DNA from: Rhodothermales bacterium
GTDB taxonomy: Bacteria; Bacteroidota; Rhodothermia; Rhodothermales; JANQRZ01
DNA: 64,000 nucleotides
NCBI GenBank assembly: GCA_965215165.1
Contig: CBDCCX010000006.1
Coordinates: 2,350,959 to 2,414,958, forward strand
Reading direction: 5' to 3'
The position numbers were made by a program, and so were the translations under genes. The notes below the pieces were generated by a model. That model saw only the letters and a program-made list of their open reading frames with translations. It searched no databases and was not told the origin of the DNA. Shown here piece by piece: positions 48,250 to 57,020 of the stretch. Each line of letters opens with the position of its first letter. Positions within the stretch are counted from its first letter, which is position 1.

Positions 48250-48702
48250 TCAGGCAGACGCGGCCTGCCGGGGAAGACGGACGACAGTCAACCAGAAGCC
48301 CTCGATCGCCCGGACGACGGCCATCAGCTCGTCGAGGTCGGCGGGCTTGGTGATGTAGCAGTTGGCGTAGCGCGCGTAGGCTTGGTCGATGTCTTCGCGC
48401 GCCGCCGACGAGGTGAAGATGACGACCGGGATCTTGCGGAGCGCGGGGTCGGCTTTCATTTCGGCCAGCACCTCGTGCCCGCTCTTCCTCGGCATGTTGA
48501 GGTCCAGCAGGACCAGGTCCGGGGTGACGGCCTCCTCGTGACCCTCCTCGCGTCGCAGAAAGGCCATCGCCTCCTCGCCGTCGCCCGCGATGTGCAGGTG
48601 GAGCGGGAACGAGGTCTCGGCGAGCGCCTGCTTCGCCAGCTCCACGTCGCCGGGGTTGTCCTCGACGATCAGGACTTCGATTGGTGTACCACTCATCCCC
48701 AT
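48250..48702 (-). CDS. Single-domain response regulator (CheY-like)
   Basis: About 150 aa. VLIVEDNPGD, LVLLDLNMPRKSG, VVIFTSS, YITKP. Confidence 0.85.
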   Translation of the reverse strand: MGMSGTPIEVLIVEDNPGDVELAKQALAETSFPLHLHIAGDGEEAMAFLRREEGHEEAVTPDLVLLDLNMPRKSGHEVLAEMKADPALRKIPVVIFTSSAAREDIDQAYARYANCYITKPADLDELMAVVRAIEGFWLTVVRLPRQAASA

Positions 48703-48846
48703 TTCTCGGCAGCGAAGTGAGGGAGATTCCGAACACGGCGTGTCGGAACGTAGACATGCTGCGCCAGCCGATCCTCTCCCATGCCTCGGCGGAGGCACGG
48801 CCCAGAAAGTGCCAATACTGTGCCGGCCTCGCCCCGCATCGACGGG

Positions 48847-49518
48847 CTAGGCCGTCCGGGTCACGGCTTGCTGGAACGCGCCGACGTTCTCCGCTATCGT
48901 CCCCTCGCCCCGGAAGATGGCGCTCGCCGCGACGAGCACGTCCGCCCCCGCGTCCACGAGCCGGCGCGCATTGGAGGGCTTGACGCCGCCGTCGACCTCG
49001 ACGAGCGCGCCTGCGCCGAGCGTGTCGATCAGCCCCCGGACCCGCCCGACCTTTCGGACCGACGACTCGATGAACGCCTGCCCCGAGAAGCCGGGGTTGA
49101 CGGACATCACGAGCGCCAGGTCGAGGTCCGACAGCACCTCCTCGAGGAGGTACGGCGGCGTCGCCGGGTTGAGCGCGACGCCCGCCTGCGCGCCGGCCTC
49201 TTTGATCTGCTGCACGACGCGGTGCAGGTGCGGCGTCGCCTCCTGATGCACCGTGATGACGGACGCCCCGGCCTCGGCGAACGCCTCGACGTAGCGCTCC
49301 GGCTCGGCGATCATCAGGTGGACGTCGAGCCGCACGCCGGTCTCGTCGGCGAGCGCCCGCAGCCCGCGTATCACCGGCACGCCGAGCGAGAGGTTCGGCA
49401 CGAAGTGCCCGTCCATCACGTCGATGTGCAGCCATTCGCAGCCGGCCTCGACGGCCGCGCGGGCGTCGCGCTCCAGGTGGCCGAAGTCGGCGGAGAGGAT
49501 CGAGGCGGAGAGCGTCAT
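48847..49518 (-). CDS. rpe: Ribulose-phosphate 3-epimerase
   Basis: 223 aa from the ATG at 49518. SILSADFGHL, HIDVMDGHFVPN, DVHLM, MSVNPGFSGQ, VDGG. Confidence 0.9.
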   Translation of the reverse strand: MTLSASILSADFGHLERDARAAVEAGCEWLHIDVMDGHFVPNLSLGVPVIRGLRALADETGVRLDVHLMIAEPERYVEAFAEAGASVITVHQEATPHLHRVVQQIKEAGAQAGVALNPATPPYLLEEVLSDLDLALVMSVNPGFSGQAFIESSVRKVGRVRGLIDTLGAGALVEVDGGVKPSNARRLVDAGADVLVAASAIFRGEGTIAENVGAFQQAVTRTA

Positions 49519-49595
49519 TGGGGAGGCGGAGTCGGTGAGCGGGGCGCGGTGGGCTCGGTATGCCTCACCGTCCGAACGGTTCACCGCCTCCAGCC

Positions 49596-50018
49596 TCACC
49601 CGCTCACTTCGTCCTGCCGCGCGCAGTTGCGGTAGGCCCTCGCGCGGTCGAGGACGAGGCTCACCCGGTCGCCGTTCACCTCGGCCGTGGCCGTGCCGGC
49701 GGTGTCGCGGTAGGCGGTCTCGCCGGTGCGGACCATCAGCAGCGGTTCCTGACTGTCGCCGACGACGGCGGCGGCGGTGCTGCGGTCGGGCGAAAGGCTC
49801 AGGAGGAAGGTCTCGCCCCCGGCGCAGGCGTAGCGGACGACGGGCGTGCTGAAGGCCTCGCCCTCGTCCTCATCGTCGGGCTTGTCCGGCACCTCGGGGA
49901 GGTCGGCGTCGCCGAGCGGGGCCTCGTCCAGGACGGGGTCGTAGGTCTGGCTGTCGGGCGACTCGCAGGCACCGAGGGCGAGGGTGCACAGGGCGAGCAG
50001 GCAGAGGAGGGAGCGCAT
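49596..50018 (-). CDS. Lipoprotein, possibly MliC-type lysozyme-inhibitor fold
   Basis: Lipobox LALGAC. It has an acidic linker, then a Y.C ... RNC pattern with two Cys residues framing a ~75-aa beta domain. Confidence 0.4.
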   Translation of the reverse strand: MRSLLCLLALCTLALGACESPDSQTYDPVLDEAPLGDADLPEVPDKPDDEDEGEAFSTPVVRYACAGGETFLLSLSPDRSTAAAVVGDSQEPLLMVRTGETAYRDTAGTATAEVNGDRVSLVLDRARAYRNCARQDEVSG

Positions 50019-50078
50019 CGGGCTGGGGCGTGGGTGAGCGGCAGGGTAGGCCGGGACTATCGGCGGATCGGCGTCTGC

Positions 50079-50108
50079 TGTTTAGCCGGGCTAGTGTTTA
50101 GCCGGGCT
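50079..50108. repeat. Direct repeat TGTTTAGCCGGGCT x2 (16-bp period)
   Basis: Read directly from the sequence, in the gap between the tkt stop and the lipoprotein gene start. Confidence 0.85.
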
Positions 50109-50113
50109 CGCTG

Positions 50114-52159
50114 TCAACCGGGCTTGCGGGCCACGAGCGCCCGCGCCGCCTCGGCGACGGCCTCGGCCGTGAAGCCGAGCTTGCGGAGCACCTCGTCGCC
50201 GGGGGCGGACGAGCCGAAGCGCCACAGCCCGATCACGGTCCCGTCGAGGCCGACCCACTCGCCCCACCCGAGCGGGCTCGCCGCCTCGACGCCGACGCGG
50301 GCGCGGACGCTCGGCGGGAGCACGTGGTCGCGGTAGGCCTGGTCCTGGTCGCGGAAGATTTCCCAGCACGGCATCGAGACCACGCGCGCGGCGATGCCCT
50401 CGCCGTCGAGCGTTTTCTTCGCCTCCAGGGCGAGGTGGACCTCGGAGCCGGTGGCGAGCAGCAGCACGTCCGGCTCGCCGTCCCCCGCCAGGACGTAGGC
50501 CCCGCGCCGGGTGCCGTCGGCCGGGGCGTAGGCCGAGCGGTCGAGCGTCGGGAGGGCCTGCCGGGAGAAGGCGAAGGCGGTCGGCCCGTCGGTGCGGTCG
50601 AGCGCGAGCCGCCACGCCTCGGCGGTCTCGTTCGCGTCGGCGGGGCGGAGGGTGTGGAGGTGCGGGATCGAGCGCAGCGCGGCGAGGTGCTCGATGGGCT
50701 GGTGCGTCGGCCCGTCCTCCCCCAGCCCGACCGAGTCGTGGGTGTAGACCCAGATCACCGGGGCCTCCATCAGCGCCGAGAGGCGGACGGCGGGCTTCAT
50801 GTAGTCGGAGAACGTGAGGAACGTGCCGCCGAAGCCGCGCAGCCCGCCGTGGAGGGTGAGGCCGTTGAGGACCGCGCCCATCCCGTGCTCGCGGACGCCG
50901 AAGCGGAGGTACCGGCCCTCGGGGTTCTCGTGGGAGAAGTTCTGCGCCTCCTTGGTCTTGGTCTTGTTCGAGGGCGTCAGGTCGGCCGAGCCGCCCATGA
51001 GCGCGGGGACTTTCTCAAAGATGGCTTCCAAGACCTTGCCGCTAGCGGCCCGTGTCGCCATGCCTTTCGCGTCGGGCTCGAAGGTGGGGAGGTTCTTCTC
51101 CCAGCCGCTCGGCGGTGCCGGGTCGTGCATCGCGTCCCACTTCTGGGCGAGGTCGGGGTTGGCCTCGCGCCATGCGTCCCACCGGATCTTCCACTCGCTG
51201 TGGGCCTCGGCGCTCGCGCAGGCGGCGCGGCCCATGAACTGCTTCGCCTCGTCGGGGACGTGGAACGCCGGCTCCAGCGGGATGCCGAGGTTCTCCTTCG
51301 TCAGCCTGACCTCGTCTGGGCCGAGCGCGTCGGAGTGGATGGACGAGGTGCCGGCCTTCGACGGGCTGCCGAAGCCGATGGTCGTGCGGACGGCGAGGAG
51401 CGTGGGCCGGTCGAGGACGCCCTGCGCGGTGCGGAGCGCGTCGCGGACGGCGGCCTTGTCGTGCCCGTCCACGCCGCGGATCGTGTGCCAGCCGAGGGCC
51501 TCGTAACGGGCGACGGGGTCCTCGGTGAAGGCGAGGTCGGTCGAGCCGTCGATGGTGATCTCGTTGTCGTCGTAGAGCACGACCAGCTTGCCGAGCTTGA
51601 GGTGCCCGGCGAGCGAGCACGCCTCGTTCGAGACGCCCTCCATCAGGTCGCCGTCGGAGGCGATGACCCAGGTCCAGTGGTCGACGACCGGGTGCGCGTC
51701 GGTGTTGAAGGTGGCCGCGAGGTGCTTCTCGGCGATCGCCAGCCCGACGGCCGTCGCGATGCCCTGCCCGAGCGGGCCGGTCGTGGTCTCGATGCCTTTG
51801 GCGAGGAAGTTCTCGGGGTGCCCGGCGGTCTTGCTCCCCCACTGCCGGAAGCGCTTCAGCTCGCCCAGCGTCATGTCCTCGAAGCCCGCGAGGTGGAGCA
51901 GGCTGTAGAGCAGCATCGAGCCGTGCCCGGCCGAGAGCACGAAGCGGTCGCGGTCGGCCCACGCCGGCTCGGCGGGGTTGTAGCGGAGGAACTCGGTCCA
52001 GAGGACGGTCGCGGCGTCGGCCATGCCGAGCGGCAGGCCGGCGTGCCCGGAGTCGGCGGCCTCGACGGCGTCGATGGTGAGGCCGCGGATGGTGGTGGCG
52101 ACGAGGTCCTGGAGGCGGGCGCGGTCGGCGTCGGTTTCGGCGATGGCAGGGGCAGACAT
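50114..52159 (-). CDS. tkt: Transketolase
   Basis: 681 aa from the ATG at 52159. SGHAGLPLGMAD, RDRFVLSAGHGSMLLY, GPLGQGI, SDGDLMEGV, THDSVGLGEDGPTHQPIEHL. Confidence 0.95.
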   Translation of the reverse strand: MSAPAIAETDADRARLQDLVATTIRGLTIDAVEAADSGHAGLPLGMADAATVLWTEFLRYNPAEPAWADRDRFVLSAGHGSMLLYSLLHLAGFEDMTLGELKRFRQWGSKTAGHPENFLAKGIETTTGPLGQGIATAVGLAIAEKHLAATFNTDAHPVVDHWTWVIASDGDLMEGVSNEACSLAGHLKLGKLVVLYDDNEITIDGSTDLAFTEDPVARYEALGWHTIRGVDGHDKAAVRDALRTAQGVLDRPTLLAVRTTIGFGSPSKAGTSSIHSDALGPDEVRLTKENLGIPLEPAFHVPDEAKQFMGRAACASAEAHSEWKIRWDAWREANPDLAQKWDAMHDPAPPSGWEKNLPTFEPDAKGMATRAASGKVLEAIFEKVPALMGGSADLTPSNKTKTKEAQNFSHENPEGRYLRFGVREHGMGAVLNGLTLHGGLRGFGGTFLTFSDYMKPAVRLSALMEAPVIWVYTHDSVGLGEDGPTHQPIEHLAALRSIPHLHTLRPADANETAEAWRLALDRTDGPTAFAFSRQALPTLDRSAYAPADGTRRGAYVLAGDGEPDVLLLATGSEVHLALEAKKTLDGEGIAARVVSMPCWEIFRDQDQAYRDHVLPPSVRARVGVEAASPLGWGEWVGLDGTVIGLWRFGSSAPGDEVLRKLGFTAEAVAEAARALVARKPG

Positions 52160-52295
52160 GGCGGCGGGGACGGGATGAGAAGGGAGACCGAAAGGTAACG
52201 CGCTCGCCGCGCCCCGTTGGCCGCACCCGGCATAAACAAACGGAGGGGCGACCGACCGGTCGCCCCTCCGCAAAACGAATCGTAGCGCTCCTCCG

Positions 52296-53591
52296 CTAGC
52301 GCCGGCCGCGCTTGCGCGAGGACGGGCGGCCGGCACCATCTGGTTTGGAGCCGCTCGACCTCGAGCGGTTCGCCCCCTGGCCCGGCCCGCGCTGGCGCGA
52401 CGGCTTGCCCGAGCGGCCCTGCTTCTTCGGCGCGGCCGTCGGCTCGGCGCGGGCGTCGTAGCTGAAGTCGGCGTAGGTGCTGCGCTCGAAGCGCTGCCCG
52501 GTGTGGCGCTCGATCTGCCGGAGGTAGGCCTCCTCGTCGGTGGCGACGAACGTCAGCGCGTCCCCAGTCGCCTCGGCGCGGCCCGTGCGGCCGATGCGGT
52601 GGATGTAGTCCTCGGCCTGGTTCGGCGTGTCGAAGTTGACCACGTGCGAGATGCCGTCCACGTCGATCCCGCGCGCGGCGATGTCGGTGGCGACGAGCAC
52701 CTGGACCGTGCCGCGCTTGAAGTCGGCCAGGGCGCGCTGGCGCTGGTTCTGCGAGCGGTTCGAGTGGATGGCCGCCGCCGCGATCCCGCGCTGCCCGAGC
52801 TTCTTGGCGATCCGGTCGGCGCGGTACTTGGTCCGCGAGAAGACGAGCACGTTCTCGACCGCCTCGGTCTCGAGGACGTGGAAGAGCAGGTCCATCTTCT
52901 GGGTCTGGGCGACGGGGTAGACGTACTGCGTCACCGAGGCGGCCGGGTTGCGCCGCTCGCCGACCTCGATGCGCTCAGGCCGGCGCTGGATGCTGGCCGC
53001 TAGCTCCTCGATGGCGCGCGGCATGGTCGCCGAGAACAGCAGCGTCTGCCGCTCCTCCGGGAGCCGGGCGACGATCTTGCGGATGTCGTTGACGAACCCC
53101 ATGTCGAGCATCCGGTCGGCCTCGTCGAGCACGAGCACCTCGACGTGCGACAGGTCGAGGTTGCCCCGGTCCAGGTGGTCGAGCAGGCGGCCCGGCGTGG
53201 CGCTCACCAGGTCGATCCCGCGTCGGAACGCGCTGATCTGCCCGCCCATCCCGACCCCGCCGAAGACGGCCGTGGTGCGGAGGCCGGTGTGCTTGCCGTA
53301 GGCTCGGGCGGCGACCTCCACCTGGAGCGCAAGCTCGCGCGTCGGCGCGACGACGAGCGCCCGGACCGGACGCCGTTTCGCCTGCGACGGGCGCTGGGCG
53401 AGGCGGTCGAGGAGCGGGAGGACGAAGGCGGCGGTCTTGCCGGTGCCGGTCTGGGCGCAGCCCGTGAGGTCGGCCCCCGAGAGGGCGAGGGGGATGGCCG
53501 CAGCCTGGATCGGCGTCGGCGTGGTGTAGCCGGCCTCGACGACCCCACGAAGGATGGGCGTGGAGAGGCCGAGCGATTGGAACGTGGTCAT
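52296..53591 (-). CDS. DEAD-box ATP-dependent RNA helicase with an Arg/Gly/Ser-rich tail
   Basis: 431 aa from the ATG at 53591. Q-motif TPIQ, AQTGTGKT, PTRELA, DEAD, SAT, HRIGRTGR. Confidence 0.9.
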   Translation of the reverse strand: MTTFQSLGLSTPILRGVVEAGYTTPTPIQAAAIPLALSGADLTGCAQTGTGKTAAFVLPLLDRLAQRPSQAKRRPVRALVVAPTRELALQVEVAARAYGKHTGLRTTAVFGGVGMGGQISAFRRGIDLVSATPGRLLDHLDRGNLDLSHVEVLVLDEADRMLDMGFVNDIRKIVARLPEERQTLLFSATMPRAIEELAASIQRRPERIEVGERRNPAASVTQYVYPVAQTQKMDLLFHVLETEAVENVLVFSRTKYRADRIAKKLGQRGIAAAAIHSNRSQNQRQRALADFKRGTVQVLVATDIAARGIDVDGISHVVNFDTPNQAEDYIHRIGRTGRAEATGDALTFVATDEEAYLRQIERHTGQRFERSTYADFSYDARAEPTAAPKKQGRSGKPSRQRGPGQGANRSRSSGSKPDGAGRPSSRKRGRR

Positions 53592-54131
53592 GCGAAGAAG
53601 GCTTGCCGGCGCGGCGGCCGTGTGGCCGCACGCGAAGCGATGGGTCGAGCGCTGTCGGGCACATCGGAGCCTGGAGCAGCGGCGCGGGCAAAGCCTTCTG
53701 ATCGGGACGTTCAGATCAGATCGCCGCAGGTGCCGGCCGTAGGGCGCGGGCACGGAGCCAGAAGAGACGGTCTCGAGGAGCGAGTCGGGAAGTCCGCTTC
53801 CGAGACGATGGGTTGAACCGGGAACGGTGTATCAGAATGATGACCCAAGCTACGCGGCAGTCCGTCTCCCGATTTCTCAGACGCACCGAAGAGCAGAAGA
53901 ACTCTCCGCGCGGTCGGCTCGCTGCACCGTCACCCCATCCTCCTGCATTGCGGCCGAACATAGCGCAGACCTGCGATATAGCTCTCGGATACTCACCTAC
54001 ATGACCTGCCGTGCCTGCGCGATGGCTCGCCGGGCGTCTTCCGGGGTCAACTCGGGCAGGCGGAGGCCTAGCAAGTTAAGACGGATCCGTCGGAAGGGGA
54101 AAAAGGGCACGAGCCGTGGTTGGCCGTTGTC

Positions 54132-56945
54132 TCACCCCGTGCTCTGCATCGCGGCGGCGATGCCGTTGAGCGAGACGAAGAGCGCCTCTTGCAATGCCTC
54201 AGCGTCCTCGCCCTCGTTGCCCCCGCTGCGCCACCGCTGCATCAGCTCGAGCTGCACCAGGTTGAGTACGTCGGTGTACGGGTTGCGCAGCCGGATCGAC
54301 TTCGCGATGACGGGGCTGTGCGCCAGCAGCCGGTCCTGCCCGGTGATGCCGAGGAGGGCGCGCTCCGCCCGGTCGAACTCGGCGGCGATGCGCTCGTGCT
54401 GATTCCCGTCGGCCAGGTCGGCGTAGCGCTCGGCGATCGCAAAGCGTGCCCTCGCCATCTCCCGGAGCGCGTTGCCGACGACAGCCTGGAAGAACGGCCA
54501 GTCGGCGTACATCTGCCGGAGACGGTCGGCGTGCTCTGGGCGGGTCATCGCCTGGGCGAGGGCCGTGCCGACGCCGTACCAGCCGGGCACGGTGTAGCGC
54601 GGCTGCGTCCAGGCGAAGACCCACGGGATCGCCCGTAGCCCGTCGAAGTCGACCTCGCTCGCGGCCTTGCGGGAGATCGGGCGCGAGGCCATCGGGATGC
54701 CGGCGATGTGCTCGATGGGTGTGGCGGCGAGGTACCACGGCCAGAACGCCGGATCGTCGATGAGCGCGCGGTACGCCTCCATCGAGGTGTCGGCGAGCTG
54801 CTGCATCAGGCCGTGGTCGGCATCCTCCCCCGGCCCTTCGAAGCCGGCCGTGCGCTCGGCCTCCCCGGCGTCGGCGAGGGCCCCGAGCTGGGCGTGGACG
54901 ATCTGCTCGAGGTGCCGCCGGGCGATGCCGGGGTGGGCGTAGCGGAACGAGATGACCTCGCCCTGCTCGGTGAACCGGATGCGCCCCGTCTGCGATTCCG
55001 GCGGCATCGCCCGGATGGCCTGGCCCGCCCGGCCGCCGCCGCGCCCGACGGTCCCACCGCGCCCGTGGAACAGCCGGAGGTCGAGCCCGAACCGGCGGCA
55101 GACCCTCGCGATTGCGCCCTGCGCCTTGTGGAGCGACCAGTTGGCCTGCCAGTAGCCGCCGTCCTTGTTCGAGTCCGAGTAGCCGAGCATGACCTCTTGC
55201 ACGCGGCCGCGCGCGACGAGCTGCCGGACGTAGACCGGGTGGCTGAACAGCTTCTCGAGTAGGGCCTCGGCGCGGTCGAGGTCGGCGATGGTCTCGAGCA
55301 GCGGGACGACGTCGAGCGGGCACGCCACCGCGCCGTCGCGCGCGCGGTGCCACAGCCCGGCCTCCTTGAGCAGGAGCAGGACCTCGAGCACGTCGCTGAC
55401 GGCGTCGGTCATCGAGATGATGTAGGACCCGATGCTCTCCGGCTCGGCCTCGACGGCGCGCCGCACGACGGCCAGCACGCTCAGCACGCGCTCGGTGTCC
55501 TCCCCAAGTGGGGCGCCCGGCGCGCGGAGCGGGCGCGGGTTCCGAAGCTCAGCACTCAAAACCTCTAGCCGCTCGGCCTCGCCGAGCGCGGCGTAGTCGC
55601 CGGTGACCCCGGCGAGGCGGAGCAGGTCGGCGACGGCGGCTTCGTGGACGCGGCTGTGCTGCCGGACGTCGAGCGCGGCGAGGTGGAACCCGAACGCCTC
55701 GGCCTGCACCCGGAGGTCGGCGAGCGGACCGCTTCGGACGAGGGTTTCCAGGCCAGCGGCTTCCAGACTTCCGGCGATGAGCGCGAGGTCGGCCCGGAAG
55801 GTTGCCGCGTCGTAGCCGGCGGCCTCGCCGCCGAGCAGCCGGTCCAGCTCGGCCTGCATGAGCGACAGCTTGAGGCGGACCGGCTCGTGCGCGTTCTGCT
55901 GCCGTCGGCGCTCGGGCAGGGTGTCGAGGAGCGGGTCGGCCTCGATGGATTCGCGGAGGGCGGCGAAGGGGTCGCCCGGCGTCTGCCGCTCGGAGACCGA
56001 GAGCGTGAGGCGGAGCTCATCGAGCGCGCGGCGGTAGAGCCGGAGCGCGTCCTCGCGGTGGACGCCGAGCGTCCAGGCCGTCACCTCGGCCGTCACGCGC
56101 GGATTGCCGTCGCGGTCGCCGCCGATCCACGAGCGGTAGCGGAGAACCGGCGGGAGGCTCGGGGCTTCAGCATCGTAGTAGGCGGTGAGGGCGCGGCGGA
56201 GGTCGGCGTGGATGCGGGGGACGGTCTGCCAGATGGTGGTCGCGACGAAGTAGAGCCCGTGGCGGACCTCGTCCTCGACCGTCACGGCCGTCGACCGGAT
56301 CTCGTCGGTGGCGAGCAGCAGCCGGATCGAGTCCTCGATCTCGCCGACGAGGGCGTCGTCCTCGGCCGGCGTCGTGTCGCGGTCGCGGAGGGTACCGAGC
56401 AGGTCGGCGAGGCGCTGCTGGTGGAACAGGATCGAGCGGCGGCGGGCCTCGGTCGGGTGCGCCGTCAGCGTCGGCTGGATGTCGAGCTGGGCGACCAGGC
56501 CGAGCACCTCGTCGAGCGAGCGGCCGTCCTCCTTGAGCGCGCCGATGGCGGCCATGACCGACTCGGCGCGCGGCTCCTCCGGCGATGCGTCGCGCGCCCG
56601 CTCCCGGTTGATGCGCAGGATTTCCAACTGCTCGGCCTTGTTGACGAGGTGGAAGAACGTCGTGAACGCCCGCAGGAGCGCCACCAAGCTGGGGAGCGGT
56701 TGGTCGGCGAGGAGGCGGGCGGCCTGCTCGTGCTCGCCCTCGCGGCAGAGCCGGCGGAGCGTCTCGACCAACTCGAAGGCGTCGTCGCCGTAGCGCGCCC
56801 GCACCGCGCGGCCGAGGAGCGAGCCGAGCAGATTGACGGTGCGCGAGAGCGGGGCCGAGATGCCGGAGCCTTCGGACTCCAGGTCGAGGCCGCCGGGCAG
56901 CGAGGTGGGGATGGGCACGGGCGCAGGTGGTGGGTGAGCGCCCAA
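54132..56945 (-). CDS. ppc: Phosphoenolpyruvate carboxylase
   Basis: About 930 aa. TAHPTE, VMLGYSDSNKDGG, FHGRGGTVGRGG, and a C-terminal ...NGIAAAMQSTG. The start is non-ATG (TTG 56945 or GTG 56918). Confidence 0.9.
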   Translation of the reverse strand: MGAHPPPAPVPIPTSLPGGLDLESEGSGISAPLSRTVNLLGSLLGRAVRARYGDDAFELVETLRRLCREGEHEQAARLLADQPLPSLVALLRAFTTFFHLVNKAEQLEILRINRERARDASPEEPRAESVMAAIGALKEDGRSLDEVLGLVAQLDIQPTLTAHPTEARRRSILFHQQRLADLLGTLRDRDTTPAEDDALVGEIEDSIRLLLATDEIRSTAVTVEDEVRHGLYFVATTIWQTVPRIHADLRRALTAYYDAEAPSLPPVLRYRSWIGGDRDGNPRVTAEVTAWTLGVHREDALRLYRRALDELRLTLSVSERQTPGDPFAALRESIEADPLLDTLPERRRQQNAHEPVRLKLSLMQAELDRLLGGEAAGYDAATFRADLALIAGSLEAAGLETLVRSGPLADLRVQAEAFGFHLAALDVRQHSRVHEAAVADLLRLAGVTGDYAALGEAERLEVLSAELRNPRPLRAPGAPLGEDTERVLSVLAVVRRAVEAEPESIGSYIISMTDAVSDVLEVLLLLKEAGLWHRARDGAVACPLDVVPLLETIADLDRAEALLEKLFSHPVYVRQLVARGRVQEVMLGYSDSNKDGGYWQANWSLHKAQGAIARVCRRFGLDLRLFHGRGGTVGRGGGRAGQAIRAMPPESQTGRIRFTEQGEVISFRYAHPGIARRHLEQIVHAQLGALADAGEAERTAGFEGPGEDADHGLMQQLADTSMEAYRALIDDPAFWPWYLAATPIEHIAGIPMASRPISRKAASEVDFDGLRAIPWVFAWTQPRYTVPGWYGVGTALAQAMTRPEHADRLRQMYADWPFFQAVVGNALREMARARFAIAERYADLADGNQHERIAAEFDRAERALLGITGQDRLLAHSPVIAKSIRLRNPYTDVLNLVQLELMQRWRSGGNEGEDAEALQEALFVSLNGIAAAMQSTG

Positions 56946-57020
56946 GATACCCGCCGCTAGGCGAGCGGCCCGGCCTCTCGCACGGAGAAGCCGGGCCGCT
57001 GAGCCTGGACGGGCCGAGGC

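Noticed and set aside
53592-54131. RNase P RNA, tmRNA or 6S RNA in the long ppc/helicase intergenic region (GGGAAGTCCGC resembles the RNase P GGAAAGUCCGG box).
   Set aside because: The other universally conserved RNase P blocks, the tmRNA tRNA-like ends and the tag ORF are all absent. The resemblance is a single short motif.
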